Positions 46,522 to 57,348 of a DNA stretch of 64,000 nucleotides are shown in pieces (within the stretch, counting starts at the first letter, position 1; each line of letters begins with the position of its first letter). The notes under the pieces were generated by a model that saw only the letters and a list, made by a program, of their open reading frames with translations, had not been told where the DNA came from and did not search any database. The position numbers and the translations under genes are program-made. Source of the DNA: an uncultured bacterium (GTDB taxonomy: Bacteria; Patescibacteriota; Minisyncoccia; Moranbacterales; UBA2206). The stretch lies in contig CAIKZD010000009.1 in NCBI GenBank assembly GCA_903831805.1, forward strand, positions 8,786-72,785, in the 5' to 3' direction.

Positions 46522-47721
46522 ATGTTTGCAGTTATAATCTTCATCATCATCCTGGGCGTGCTTATCTTTGTCCATGAGTTGGGCCATTTTGTGACGGCGC
46601 GCAGAAACGGCATCCGGGCCAGTGAATTCGGTTTCGGTTTTCCGCCGCGTATTGTCGGTTTTCAATCGTTGAATAAGGCAGGTCAAAAAAGGAAATGGCG
46701 CATCGTCTGGGGCACCCAAGATGGCGATGATGAAAATGAGAAAAAAGATTTGGCTGAGGCGCACGAAAAGAATTTGGCGGGTGGCACGATCTATTCTTTG
46801 AATTGGATTCCGCTCGGCGGATTTGTGAAGATCAAAGGCGAAGACGGCGGCAATGCCGGAGATCGAGACAGTTTTGCTTCTAAGTCTGGCTGGGTCAGGA
46901 CAAAAGTTTTGGCAGCCGGCGTGGCGATGAATTTTGTTTTGGCCTGGTTTTTGCTGTCTCTGGTTTTTATGATTGGTGCGCCGCAAGCCGTTGACTCGAG
47001 TGTACCGGGGCAGAGTAATCAAAACTTGAAAATTCAAATTGCCGATGTGGTTCCCGGCGCGCCAGCCGAAAAAGCTGGAATCAAGATTGGGGATCAGATT
47101 CTCGGGTTTAAGGTTGGCGCCGGCGAAAACACCAAACCGCAAGATGTGAAAGGCGTACAGGATTTTGTGAATGCGCATAAAGGAGAAAATGTCGCTTTTT
47201 CAATCAAGCGGGGAGACCAACTGCTTAATTTGAATGTAGTTCCGCGCGTGGACGCGCCCAAAGATCAAGGCGCTTTAGGGGTCAGCCTCGCAGAAACGGT
47301 CATCGTGCGCTATTCTTGGTACCAAGCTATTTGGGAAGGGGCCAAAACTACCCTGAACCTGATTGAAATGATTTTCTTGGCGCTACTGGGAATTTTGCAT
47401 AGTCTCTTTATGGGCAAAGGCGCCGGGGCGGATGTGAGCGGCCCGATCGGCATCGCAGTCATCACTAAAGAAGTGGCCGGTCTTGGGTTGGTCTATGTCC
47501 TGCAATTTGCGGCGCTCCTCAGCGTGAACCTTGGTATTATTAATATCCTGCCGATTCCGGCCCTCGACGGCGGCCGCATTCTGTTCATTTTGATCGAAAA
47601 AATCAAAGGTTCGCCGGTCAGCGCCAAAGTGGAACAAACGTTCCATTCTATCGGTTTCATCCTGCTCATTGGACTTCTGGTTTTGGTAACCTTTCGGGAT
47701 GTGTTACATTATGTGAAATAG
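46522..47721 (+). CDS. rseP: RIP metalloprotease RseP
   Basis: HELGH, PLGGFVKI, PDZ domain, NILPIPALDGG. Confidence 0.93.
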   Translation: MFAVIIFIIILGVLIFVHELGHFVTARRNGIRASEFGFGFPPRIVGFQSLNKAGQKRKWRIVWGTQDGDDENEKKDLAEAHEKNLAGGTIYSLNWIPLGGFVKIKGEDGGNAGDRDSFASKSGWVRTKVLAAGVAMNFVLAWFLLSLVFMIGAPQAVDSSVPGQSNQNLKIQIADVVPGAPAEKAGIKIGDQILGFKVGAGENTKPQDVKGVQDFVNAHKGENVAFSIKRGDQLLNLNVVPRVDAPKDQGALGVSLAETVIVRYSWYQAIWEGAKTTLNLIEMIFLALLGILHSLFMGKGAGADVSGPIGIAVITKEVAGLGLVYVLQFAALLSVNLGIINILPIPALDGGRILFILIEKIKGSPVSAKVEQTFHSIGFILLIGLLVLVTFRDVLHYVK

Positions 47722-47927
47722 AAAAATTTTGCCAATTAAAAAAGGACTTAATGTGTTGCGCGTTAAGCCCTTATTTTCTGAAAATAAACACTTTCGTTCG
47801 ACTTTGACAGCGAGCCGGTTTTCCTGTAAACTTACAAAGATAAAATAAACATACAGCACTTAATTGGAAACAAAAATATTCTTGCCAAGAAGAGGTGGTT
47901 TTTTGTTTCTGAAATATTTGAAAATAA

Positions 47928-49010
47928 ATGGGGAGAATTAAAAAAAATCTGCAAGATTGGCTGGGGAAATTTTTTGGCAGCTTTTCCAATGACATCGGGA
48001 TAGATCTCGGCACGGCCAATACTTTGGTTTATGTGAAGGGGCAAGGCATTGTCATCAACGAGCCGTCAGTGGTGGCGGTGAACAATAAGACCGGACAAGT
48101 GTTGGCCATTGGACGCGAAGCCAAGCGCATGGTGGGCAAAACCCCGGGGCACATTGTGGCGACGCGACCATTAGTGGACGGCGTAGTGAGTGATTTTGAA
48201 ATTACGGAAAAGATGCTCAAATATTTCATCGACAAGGTGAACACCGGCAAATTCGGATTTCTTTCGCGGCCACGCGTGGTCATTGGGATTCCGTCGGACG
48301 TGACGGAAGTGGAAAAGCGCGCAGTGATTGACGCGACAATGAGTGCCGGCGCGCGCGAAGCCTATCTCATCGATGAGCCGATGGCTGCGGCTATCGGGGC
48401 GCGCTTGCCCGTGCAAGACGCGGCGGGGAATATGATTGTGGACATCGGCGGTGGGACGACGGACATTGCGGTCATCTCCTTGGGTGGTATTGTGGTATCA
48501 CGGAACTTGCGCATCGCCGGAGACGAAATGAATGAGGACATCACGCGCTATTGTCGCGATGAGTTTAATTTGCTAGTCGGTGAAAAAACAGCCGAAGACG
48601 TGAAAATTGCTATCGGGAGCGCTTGCCCGCAGGAAAAGAAAATGCAGCTGACCGTGCGCGGCCGCGACTTGGTAACGGGGTTGCCGAAAGAAGTAGTGAT
48701 TACCGGCGATCAAGCCAGAGAAGCGCTGTCGCGCTCGATCCGCATCATCATCAATAATATTAAAACGGCGGTGGAAGAAACGCCGCCGGAACTTTTGAGT
48801 GATATTATGCAACGCGGCATCATCTTGGCCGGCGGCGGCAGTCTTATCCGCGGCCTGGACCGCTTGGTGGCCGATCAGACTGAAATGCCGGTGCGCATGA
48901 TGGAAGATCCACTGACAGCCGTGGTACGCGGCACCGGCATCGTACTGGAAGACATCGAAACTCTGCGAGAAGTGCTGATTGAAAGTCAAAATGAAAGATC
49001 ACTGAGGTAA
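47928..49010 (+). CDS. mreB: Rod shape-determining protein MreB
   Basis: IGIDLGTANT, VDIGGGTTD. Confidence 0.97.
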   Translation: MGRIKKNLQDWLGKFFGSFSNDIGIDLGTANTLVYVKGQGIVINEPSVVAVNNKTGQVLAIGREAKRMVGKTPGHIVATRPLVDGVVSDFEITEKMLKYFIDKVNTGKFGFLSRPRVVIGIPSDVTEVEKRAVIDATMSAGAREAYLIDEPMAAAIGARLPVQDAAGNMIVDIGGGTTDIAVISLGGIVVSRNLRIAGDEMNEDITRYCRDEFNLLVGEKTAEDVKIAIGSACPQEKKMQLTVRGRDLVTGLPKEVVITGDQAREALSRSIRIIINNIKTAVEETPPELLSDIMQRGIILAGGGSLIRGLDRLVADQTEMPVRMMEDPLTAVVRGTGIVLEDIETLREVLIESQNERSLR

Positions 49011-49033
49011 TAATCTTAACACATTAACCTCCT

Positions 49034-49846
49034 GTGCCACACAAATTTTTTTCTCCCAACTTCATAAAATTATTAGCGGCGCTGGTTGTTTGCTTGGCGC
49101 TGGTTTTTTTGAATCCCCGAGGATTTTTTGAACCGGTTCGCGGAATTCTATTAGGCGCGGCAAGCCCTTTCCAAAAAACTTTCTATTTTGTCAGTGAGCG
49201 GACAGGTAACATTTTTTCGCTGCTTTTTTCCATCTCCAATTTGAAAGAAGAAAATGAAAGACTGATCCAAGAAAATGGCAGCCTTTCTTCGCAGTTGGCG
49301 GAATTGAGTAGCGAGAAAAAAGAAAACGAAGATTTAAGAAAGCAACTGCAACTGCTGCCACAAAAAAATTTCCAGTTGGAAGCGGCCACAGTCATCGCGG
49401 AAGACGCACGCGGGATGGGCAGTTGGATCATGATTGACAAGGGACACGCCAGCGGGGTGGAAGTCAATATGCCAGTCATCGTGTATGATGGCATCCTGGT
49501 GGGTCGGATAAGTGAGGTCTACGCCAACAGTGCCAAGATTACGCTGCTCACCGATTCTTCCAGTTCGATCAATGTCACTGATCTGGCCACCGGTGCCAAA
49601 GGCATTTTGATAGGGGAATATAGTTTGGGCATCACGCTGGACATGGTGGAGCAAACGGAAGTTTTGAATGAAGGCGATGATATTGTCACTTCCGGTCTGG
49701 GCGGCACTACCCCGAAAGGCTTTTTGATCGGAAAAGTGGCGCAAGTCAAAAGCAGTTCGGACAAACTTTTTCAACAAGCCTCGGTTATCCCGAAAGTGAA
49801 ATATGTCGACCTAAACACAGTCTTTGTGGTAAAAGGATCTTTATAG
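49034..49846 (+). CDS. mreC: Rod shape-determining protein MreC
   Basis: TM plus coiled coil, IDKG…GV, VTSGLGG..PKG; synteny. Confidence 0.92.
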   Translation: MPHKFFSPNFIKLLAALVVCLALVFLNPRGFFEPVRGILLGAASPFQKTFYFVSERTGNIFSLLFSISNLKEENERLIQENGSLSSQLAELSSEKKENEDLRKQLQLLPQKNFQLEAATVIAEDARGMGSWIMIDKGHASGVEVNMPVIVYDGILVGRISEVYANSAKITLLTDSSSSINVTDLATGAKGILIGEYSLGITLDMVEQTEVLNEGDDIVTSGLGGTTPKGFLIGKVAQVKSSSDKLFQQASVIPKVKYVDLNTVFVVKGSL

Positions 49847-49853
49847 TCACAAT

Positions 49854-50375
49854 ATGTATCAAAAAATCCTAACTTTTGGGCTTATCTATCTTGCGGCGGT
49901 GGCGTCCGAATCGCTTTTCCCGGCGTTATTTTTCGGCCACGTGGCACCGGACATGGTGCTTATCCTGGTGATCATTTGGTCAAGCCGGAAAAGTTTTGAA
50001 AGTTTTTGGCTGTGGGCGATTGGTGCCGGACTCATTTTGGACGCCGTAACACTTGAGCGAATCGGGATTAGCGCCATCTCGTTCTTGCTTATTTCTTTCG
50101 CGATTAATTTTTTGTCTAAACGTTTTTTTATCGGTCAACGGAGCCGAGCTTTTTTCTGGGTAGCGATGTTGGTCGCGGGAGGCACTATGCTTAATTATCT
50201 GCTCGGGATCGGCCTCAGCGCCGCAGTCGGCAATTTGACCTTGCGAGCTTTCGATGCCAGGATATTGATTTTTAAAATCATAAATAATTTGTTGGTTTTG
50301 GCCGTCATATATTGGCCAGTGGTTTCTTCTCGCCAAATTTTCCCGGCGCTCGAGCCTCGCTTAGTTGCCAGATAA
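49854..50375 (+). CDS. mreD: Rod shape-determining protein MreD
   Basis: Hydrophobic, PD motif, GLILD; synteny. Confidence 0.8.
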   Translation: MYQKILTFGLIYLAAVASESLFPALFFGHVAPDMVLILVIIWSSRKSFESFWLWAIGAGLILDAVTLERIGISAISFLLISFAINFLSKRFFIGQRSRAFFWVAMLVAGGTMLNYLLGIGLSAAVGNLTLRAFDARILIFKIINNLLVLAVIYWPVVSSRQIFPALEPRLVAR

Positions 50376-50386
50376 TTTCAAATATT

Positions 50387-52270
50387 ATGTTACAAAAATT
50401 TTTCAATAAAAAAAGAATAGCGGCCGGCGGGGAGATAGAGGATTCCATCATGACCATCACGCAAAAAGAAGAAGCCACTATTGAGGTGCCCTTCGAGAGG
50501 AAATCGCTCACTTTTTTTTGGTATTTTATCGTCATCGCTATTAGTAGTTTGTTCGCCCGCGTTTTTTATCTCGACTTTTTCCAAGGAGACTATTATACTA
50601 GGATATCTAAGGGCAATAGTACTCGTTCGATTATGATAAGCTCTCCGCGGGGCAATGTGCTGGACCGTTATGGCAAAATCCTCGCGCGCAATATTCCCAG
50701 TATCGATGCGATCGTGGTGCCGGCCGATCTGCCTCCCGACGCGGAAGCGCGGCGTCAGATGGCGGATGCGTTGGCTGATATTCTCGGAATGAATTCCGGC
50801 AACGTGGAAATCATGCTGGCCAGCCAGGATTTGAAATCCTTGAACCCGGTGCTTTTGAAAGAAAACATTTCCCAGGATCAGGCCTTGATCATTGCGGAAA
50901 AAAGGAATGACTTTTCCGGCGTGCAATTGGAAAAAACCGCTATTCGGCAATATGAGAACGGAGAAATTTTTTCGCCGGTTATCGGTTATGACGGCAAGAT
51001 TACGCAGAGTGAAATGAATGCCAACCCGGGTTATCTGATGACGGACTATATCGGAAAAGCGGGACTGGAAAAAAGTTATGAAAAAAAATTGCAGGGGACA
51101 GCTGGTGCGACGCAGGTGGAAGTGGATTCGATGGGTCATGCCAAGCGAATTGTGGGCGTGATTGATCCGGTGCCCGGATCGGATCTGATCCTAAACATTG
51201 ATTCTGATTTGCAAAAGGAAATTTATGACAGCTTGAAAGAGACTCTGGACAAGACTGGTACGACAACAGCGGCGGCCGTCGCGATTGATCCGCGTAATGG
51301 CGGCGTCCTGGCCTTGGTCAGCATCCCCAGCTATGACAATAATCTATTTGCGAAAGGCATCAGTAACGATGAATTTCAAAATATCATTAAGGACACGGAT
51401 TTGCCACTGCTCAACCGTGCCATTGCCGGAGAATATCCGCCCGGGTCGACGATTAAGCCGGCCATGGCGGCGGCGGCTCTTTCGGAAGGCACCATTACGC
51501 CTTCTACTATAATTTCCGGCCTCGGAGGCGCGTTGCACGTGGGGGCGTGGAGTTTTGGTGACTGGAGAGCGCACGATCCCTCGGACGTCAAACTGGCCAT
51601 CGCTCAAAGCAATGACATTTTTTTCTATACCATCGGTGGCGGTTATGGGAACATTGAAGGCTTGGGCATGTCGCGCATGAAAAAATATTATAACTTATTC
51701 GGAATGGGCAGTCCTACAGGCATTGATTTGCCAGGCGAAGTGTCCGGCTTCATTCCGGACGAACAGTGGAAGAAAAGCAAAATCGGGGAACAATGGTACA
51801 TCGGAGACAGTTATCACTCCGCTATCGGTCAAGGCTTTGTCACGGTCACGCCGATTCAACTGGCCGACTATATCGCGACTTTTGCCAATGGCGGCACGCT
51901 GTATTCTCCGCGCTTGGTCAATCGGATAAAAAAGAACGATGGTCAAGAAGAAATGGTAGCGCCACAGGTAGTCCGGTCCAATTTTATCGCGCCGTCGGTG
52001 ATGCAGACCGTGCGCGAAGGGATGCGGATGACGGTCACGGGCGGGACCGCTCAAGTCCTAAAAACTTTGTCGGTGCCGGCGGCCGGCAAAACCGGCACGG
52101 CGCAGTTCGGGACGGAAGGCAAGACCCATTCCTGGTTCGCGGCTTTCGCGCCTTATGACAATCCGACCATTGCCATTGTGGTTTTGGTGCCGGGGGGCGG
52201 CGAAGGGAATTCCGCGGCTCTGCCGGTAGCACAAAAAGCTTTGGAAGCCTATTTTTCTGAAAAAAAATGA
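50387..52270 (+). CDS. mrdA: Penicillin-binding protein 2
   Basis: RGNVLDRYG, STIK, SND, KTGTAQ; after mreD. Confidence 0.93.
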   Translation: MLQKFFNKKRIAAGGEIEDSIMTITQKEEATIEVPFERKSLTFFWYFIVIAISSLFARVFYLDFFQGDYYTRISKGNSTRSIMISSPRGNVLDRYGKILARNIPSIDAIVVPADLPPDAEARRQMADALADILGMNSGNVEIMLASQDLKSLNPVLLKENISQDQALIIAEKRNDFSGVQLEKTAIRQYENGEIFSPVIGYDGKITQSEMNANPGYLMTDYIGKAGLEKSYEKKLQGTAGATQVEVDSMGHAKRIVGVIDPVPGSDLILNIDSDLQKEIYDSLKETLDKTGTTTAAAVAIDPRNGGVLALVSIPSYDNNLFAKGISNDEFQNIIKDTDLPLLNRAIAGEYPPGSTIKPAMAAAALSEGTITPSTIISGLGGALHVGAWSFGDWRAHDPSDVKLAIAQSNDIFFYTIGGGYGNIEGLGMSRMKKYYNLFGMGSPTGIDLPGEVSGFIPDEQWKKSKIGEQWYIGDSYHSAIGQGFVTVTPIQLADYIATFANGGTLYSPRLVNRIKKNDGQEEMVAPQVVRSNFIAPSVMQTVREGMRMTVTGGTAQVLKTLSVPAAGKTGTAQFGTEGKTHSWFAAFAPYDNPTIAIVVLVPGGGEGNSAALPVAQKALEAYFSEKK

Positions 52271-52346
52271 ACGGTTGACAAGAAAAATATTTCTGCTACA
52301 ATTTGCCTTAATGTTTTGTAACTAGTTTTATTCTAAAATAAAAGTC

Positions 52347-52802
52347 ATGGGAAAATTCATCACGGAAGAAGGTTTGAAAAAAATTCAAGACGAACTGACT
52401 AATCGAAAAGTGGCGGTGCGTCAGGCGATTGCGGCGGCCATCAAAGAAGCCAAAGAACAAGGCGATTTGAGCGAGAACGCCGAATACTCGGAAGCTAAAA
52501 GACAGCAAGCTGAAAATGAAGCGCGCGTGGCTGAGTTGGAATTTATGTTGAAAGAATCGACCGTCGTTAAATATGACAAAAATTCCGGCACCGTTCAGAT
52601 GGGTTCGCGGGTCAAAGTGAAATTTAATGGGGACGAAATGGAGTTCCAGCTCGTCGGTTCCAATGAAGCTGATCCGGCCTCGATGAAAATTTCCAATGAA
52701 TCTCCGATGGGCAAAGCTTTCATGCAGCACGCAAAAGGTGACAAGGTGGAAGTGAACACGCCAGGCGGAATCATGAAATATGAAATTTTGGATATAAAAT
52801 AA
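52347..52802 (+). CDS. greA: Transcription elongation factor GreA
   Basis: GDLSENAEY, ISNESPMG. Confidence 0.97.
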   Translation: MGKFITEEGLKKIQDELTNRKVAVRQAIAAAIKEAKEQGDLSENAEYSEAKRQQAENEARVAELEFMLKESTVVKYDKNSGTVQMGSRVKVKFNGDEMEFQLVGSNEADPASMKISNESPMGKAFMQHAKGDKVEVNTPGGIMKYEILDIK

Positions 52803-52876
52803 TTTATAGTTGTTGGGTGAAAAGAGAAAATTTATAATTTTCTCTTTTTGATTTTATTTTTCTAAGGAGAGATGAG

Positions 52877-53092
52877 ATGTTAGTGATGGGCGCAACTAAA
52901 TATGAAGAAGGTTTGGTGGTTTTTGCCGGGCATGTTATTTACAGAAACCCACAAACGGGATTATGGGAGGATATTCCTTTGGCGAAAGCGAAGGAAAAAA
53001 AGTTAATTAATGAAGGTCAAACTAGCTTTTCCGGTGGCTTGGCTACAGTCAAGGATATCGTTGCTTACCTAAGGGGTCAGGACGAGAGATAG
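52877..53092 (+). CDS. Hypothetical protein (71 aa)
   Basis: taaggag SD; terminator at 53102-53144. Confidence 0.55.
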   Translation: MLVMGATKYEEGLVVFAGHVIYRNPQTGLWEDIPLAKAKEKKLINEGQTSFSGGLATVKDIVAYLRGQDER

Positions 53093-53221
53093 GTCGATGT
53101 TACAAGGAGTGTGTTCGCCGCGACGAATACCTCCTTGTTTTTTTATGGGTAAAATTGCCAAATTTGGTTAAATAAGCTAGTATTGAAGCATAATTACCGG
53201 TAAAAATAAAAGATTAATTTT

Positions 53222-54721
53222 ATGCGCGAAGATATCTTAGAAACTAAATTGGATAAATTGGAAAAAATTCGTTCGGGTGGAATGGAGGCTTATCCGGAAA
53301 AATGCGAACGGACACTGAATAATGCTGAGGCGTTGGAAAAATTTGATGAATTGAGTGCGAGCGAGCAGGAAATATATCTCGTCGGGCGGGTGAAATCCAA
53401 TCGGCCGATGGGCAATGCCTGTTTCACGCACATTGAAGATGGTTTTGGCAAAATGCAATTGTTTTTGAGCAAGCAAAATGTGGGGGACGAAAAATATAAA
53501 CTGTTTGTGAAAAATGTGGAGAACGGTGATTTCATCCAGGCCAAAGGCAAATTGTTTTTGACTAAACAAGATGAAAAATCTTTGCAAGTGTCTGAGTGGA
53601 AAATGCTCAGCAAAAATATCCGACCAATCCCGACGGAATACTATGGCTTGAAAGACGAAGAGGCCTTGCTACGTAAGCGCTATTTGGATCTGATGATGAA
53701 CCCGGACACGCGCGAACTGTTCGTCAAAAAAAACATCTATTGGCAGACGGTGCGGAACTTTTTGACCACTGCCGGCTTTCTGGAAGTGCAATGTCCGGTG
53801 CTGGAGCACAGCACGGGTGGCGCGGACGCTGAACCGTTTGTGACGCACTACAATGCCCTAGACCAAGACTTCTATCTGCGAATCTCCTTAGAGCTACCCC
53901 TGAAAAGGCTCTTGGTAGGGGGCCTGGAGAAGGTTTTTGAGATTGGTCGAGTTTTCCGCAATGAAGGCATGGACCGCGACCATTTGCAAGAATTTGATCA
54001 CATGGAGTTCTATGCGGCCTATTGGGATTTTGCGCGCGGCGTGGAGTTTATTGAAAAAATGTACCGCGAAATTGTTTTGAAAGTCACGGGCGGATACAAA
54101 CATAAATTTGAAGATAATGAAATTGATTGGGAAAAACCTTTTGCCGTGGTGGATTATTTTACTGAGTTCAAAAAGGAAACCGGTATCAATCTGAGTAATG
54201 AAGTGACAATCGATGAGCTAAAGAAAAAAGCAGATGAGTTGAAAATAAAATATGAACCGGGTTATGGCCTGGGCCGCATGATTGACACGCTCTACAAAAA
54301 AACCGTGCGCCAAAGATTGATCCAGCCGTGTTTTCTGGTGGGACATCCATTGGCCGTTTCGCCTTTGGCCAAAATTGATCCGACTGATCCGAAAAAAGTG
54401 TTGCGTGTGCAAGTGGTGGCCGGACGAGGAGAGCTGTGCAATGCTTTTTCTGAACTGAACGACCCAATCGACCAGAAAAACAGATTTTTGGAACAGGCGG
54501 CCGCGCGCGAAGGTGGCGACAAGGAAGCTCAAATGATGGACGAAGATTTCGTAGAAGCCTTGGAATATGGCATGCCGCCGGCTTTCGGCTTCGGTTTCTC
54601 CGAAAGATTTTTCGCGTTTATCATGAACAAATCTATTCGCGAAACTGTTATATTTCCATCTGTCAGAACTATGACTAAATCCATGGAAGGAAGGGCTAAT
54701 ATAGTTATTGATAAAAAATAA
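53222..54721 (+). CDS. lysS: Lysine--tRNA ligase (class II)
   Basis: RKRYLDL, FRNEG, ALEYGMPP. Confidence 0.96.
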   Translation: MREDILETKLDKLEKIRSGGMEAYPEKCERTLNNAEALEKFDELSASEQEIYLVGRVKSNRPMGNACFTHIEDGFGKMQLFLSKQNVGDEKYKLFVKNVENGDFIQAKGKLFLTKQDEKSLQVSEWKMLSKNIRPIPTEYYGLKDEEALLRKRYLDLMMNPDTRELFVKKNIYWQTVRNFLTTAGFLEVQCPVLEHSTGGADAEPFVTHYNALDQDFYLRISLELPLKRLLVGGLEKVFEIGRVFRNEGMDRDHLQEFDHMEFYAAYWDFARGVEFIEKMYREIVLKVTGGYKHKFEDNEIDWEKPFAVVDYFTEFKKETGINLSNEVTIDELKKKADELKIKYEPGYGLGRMIDTLYKKTVRQRLIQPCFLVGHPLAVSPLAKIDPTDPKKVLRVQVVAGRGELCNAFSELNDPIDQKNRFLEQAAAREGGDKEAQMMDEDFVEALEYGMPPAFGFGFSERFFAFIMNKSIRETVIFPSVRTMTKSMEGRANIVIDKK

Positions 54722-54723
54722 TT

Positions 54724-55311
54724 ATGGAAAACTTAGGCATTACAAAGCAACAGGCGGATGATCTTCTTGAGAAACACATCACTGATCCGGTGACGAGGTT
54801 GCATATGATTGAATCAGGGGCAATTATGCGAGCGCTGGCCAAAAGATTTGGCGAAGATGAAGAGCGGTGGGGTATCATTGGACTGCTGCATGACATCGAT
54901 TGGGAGTTGACGAAAGAAAACTCTGGAGAACATTGCATAATGGCGGAAGGAATTTTACGCGAAGCAGGCGCGACGGATTTTCTCATTGAAACCATTCAAT
55001 CACACGGTTATGGTATGGAACTCATTCCAGTTCTTAAGGATAAAGAACGTTCCGGCAGATTGCAACACAGCTTAGTGGCAGCCGAAACTTTGACTGGGCT
55101 CATCATTGCCACAGCTCTCATGCAACCGGACAAGAAACTGGCGAGCGTGAAGCTGTCTTCGCTCAAGAAAAAATTCAAGAATAAGGGTTTCGCCGCGCGG
55201 TGTAATCGAGAATTAATTTTAGAGTGTGAAAAGGCTGGTGTGCCGCTGGACGAATTTTTGGAGTTGGGGCTTGGGGCGTTGCAGGGGATAAGTGATAAGT
55301 TGGGCTTATGA
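54724..55311 (+). CDS. HDIG-domain metal-dependent hydrolase
   Basis: GLLHDIDWE, KKKFKNKGFAARCNRE. Confidence 0.85.
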   Translation: MENLGITKQQADDLLEKHITDPVTRLHMIESGAIMRALAKRFGEDEERWGIIGLLHDIDWELTKENSGEHCIMAEGILREAGATDFLIETIQSHGYGMELIPVLKDKERSGRLQHSLVAAETLTGLIIATALMQPDKKLASVKLSSLKKKFKNKGFAARCNRELILECEKAGVPLDEFLELGLGALQGISDKLGL

Positions 55312-55703
55312 AAAAAGTGATGACATTCGGTACATTTGATATTTTCCATCCGGGGCATGCGAGCTATTTGGCACAGGCGAAAAAACTGGGAGAATGTCTG
55401 ATTGTGGTAGTGGCGCGGGATGAAAACGTGGCAAGATACAAGAAACAAGATACAAGAAACAAAGAAAAGGCAAGATTGAGAGTTGTAACATCTAGCGGTT
55501 TAGCGGACTCCGTGGTGCTGGGCAGTTTGCGAAATCAATATGCCGTGATTGAAAAATTCAGACCGGATGTGATTGCACTGGGGTATGATCAAAAAGTGGA
55601 TATGCGCGAACTGAAAAGCAAATTGCAAGAATTCAGTTTGGAAACTAAAATTGTCAGATTGAAAGCGTATAAGCCGGAAGTTTATAAATCGTCAAAATTA
55701 TAA
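55308..55703 (+). CDS. Cytidylyl/adenylyltransferase family (RibL FAD synthase-like)
   Basis: FGTFDIFHPGH, VVVARD, PDVIALGYDQ. Confidence 0.85.
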   Translation: MKKVMTFGTFDIFHPGHASYLAQAKKLGECLIVVVARDENVARYKKQDTRNKEKARLRVVTSSGLADSVVLGSLRNQYAVIEKFRPDVIALGYDQKVDMRELKSKLQEFSLETKIVRLKAYKPEVYKSSKL

Positions 55704-56245
55704 TGATTGAATCAAAAGAATTAAAAAGATATCTGGACTTCGCCTACGAGGCTTATCAGGAGAATAATATCAGTGAGCCTGATCAGACCTATCGACAAGA
55801 CGGCAAAGTGCCATACATCATGCATCCCATTTGGTGTGCGTCGATGCTGATCGCTGACACGCAAATCCCTTGGAAAGAAAGAGCGTTGGGATTCAAGGCT
55901 TTGATTTTACATGATGTTTTGGAAGACACCGCTTTGGAATTACCGGATTGGGTAGAATCTGAAGTCAAAGAGGTTGTCAAAGAGCTGACCATGGGAAGTT
56001 TTAAGGAGGCGATGGAAAAATATAATGGTAAATCGCCCTTCATAAAGCTGCTTCTGCTGTGTGATAAATTATCCAGCATGTATGAAGATCATGTTGGTGT
56101 ATATAATAATGCTGCCATGAAATGGTCCAAGCGGAAAATCTGGAAAAAATTAACGATAAAAGGCATAGCAGAAGTCGAGGAAGCGTATGGCAATATCAGG
56201 ATTGTTCAAATAGGCAAGGCTATAGTCGAGAATACTGATTGGTAG
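55703..56245 (+). CDS. HD-domain protein, RelA/SpoT-hydrolase (Mesh1/SAH)-like
   Basis: RQDGKVPYIMHP, LHDVLEDT, LCDKL. Confidence 0.7.
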   Translation: MIESKELKRYLDFAYEAYQENNISEPDQTYRQDGKVPYIMHPIWCASMLIADTQIPWKERALGFKALILHDVLEDTALELPDWVESEVKEVVKELTMGSFKEAMEKYNGKSPFIKLLLLCDKLSSMYEDHVGVYNNAAMKWSKRKIWKKLTIKGIAEVEEAYGNIRIVQIGKAIVENTDW

Positions 56246-56356
56246 AATGGAGCGCGGACTGTCCGCTTTGGAGAGTGGGATTAAAATAACTTATGTATGA
56301 AAAAAATAAACTGCAAAGCTGAATTTAAGAATAATATAATAAAGTAATCAAATTAT

Positions 56357-56962
56357 ATGCCAGTACTCATTAATTTCAAAATCTGTGACAATGCCAAGGA
56401 ATGCAATGGCGTGGCGGTTTGTCCGACGGGGGCTTTGACGTGGGATCAAAAGAAGAAACGTATTAAGGTTGATAATGAGAAGTGCATCAGCTGTGGGCTG
56501 TGCGAAAAGTCTTGCATGGTGGAAGCGATTTTTGTAGCCAAAGATGAGAAAGAATATAAGAAAATCGAAAAAGAAATCAAGTCAGATAGACGGAAGGTAA
56601 CCGATTTGTTCGTGGACAGATATGGCGCGCAACCGGTCGGCTTGGCTTTTTTAATTACAGAAGAAAAGTTTGAGCTGGAAGTTTTGGGTTCGGATAAACT
56701 AGTGGCAGTGGAAATGTTCGAAGACGATTCGATCATGTGTCTTTTGAAATCGATTCCTGTAAAAGAATTGCTGAAAGATTATTCGGTCAAATATCGCAAA
56801 ATGGAAACGGACAAAAAATTGGCCAAGAAATTTGGCATCAAAAAATTTCCGACCTTGGCGTTTTTCCAAAAAGGTAAAATGATTGGCAAGGTGGAAGGAT
56901 ATTATGATAAGAAGAAAAAGGAGGAGTTAGTGAAAAAGATAAAAGCTATTATTAAAAAATAA
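56357..56962 (+). CDS. 4Fe-4S dicluster plus thioredoxin-like domain protein
   Basis: CDNAKEC…CPTGA, CISCGLCEKSC; C-terminal FPTLAFFQKG. Confidence 0.75.
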   Translation: MPVLINFKICDNAKECNGVAVCPTGALTWDQKKKRIKVDNEKCISCGLCEKSCMVEAIFVAKDEKEYKKIEKEIKSDRRKVTDLFVDRYGAQPVGLAFLITEEKFELEVLGSDKLVAVEMFEDDSIMCLLKSIPVKELLKDYSVKYRKMETDKKLAKKFGIKKFPTLAFFQKGKMIGKVEGYYDKKKKEELVKKIKAIIKK

Positions 56963-56967
56963 TCCTT

Positions 56968-57336
56968 ATGGGTATTAAAGTGGAATTCAATCCGGATCTG
57001 GCGCTGAGGAATATTGCGGAGCATAAGGCTGGCCGAAGGAAAATAGAGGAATGCGTGCCAGGGGAATTGGAGGCAGGGAAAGTGTATGAATTTTTGAAAA
57101 GTGGGCAGAGGCTCTACTATTTGAGTGACAGCGAGTTTTGGGGCAATGGGCAGATTCCATTGTGTGAGACCGGTGGCGATGAAAAATTGTCGCGGCCATT
57201 GGCCAGCATCAAGATTTTGGAAGCGACGCATTTTTTGGAGGGCGGCGAAGTCTGGACGCGGGGGAAATATGAAGTCATTGAAGTTTTTGATGTGAGTGAT
57301 GAGAAAATTCATTTTGAGGCGTGCAAGAGGATATAA
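56968..57336 (+). CDS. Hypothetical protein
   Basis: Operonic ORF, 122 aa. Confidence 0.7.
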   Translation: MGIKVEFNPDLALRNIAEHKAGRRKIEECVPGELEAGKVYEFLKSGQRLYYLSDSEFWGNGQIPLCETGGDEKLSRPLASIKILEATHFLEGGEVWTRGKYEVIEVFDVSDEKIHFEACKRI

Positions 57337-57348
57337 TAGAAAAATATT

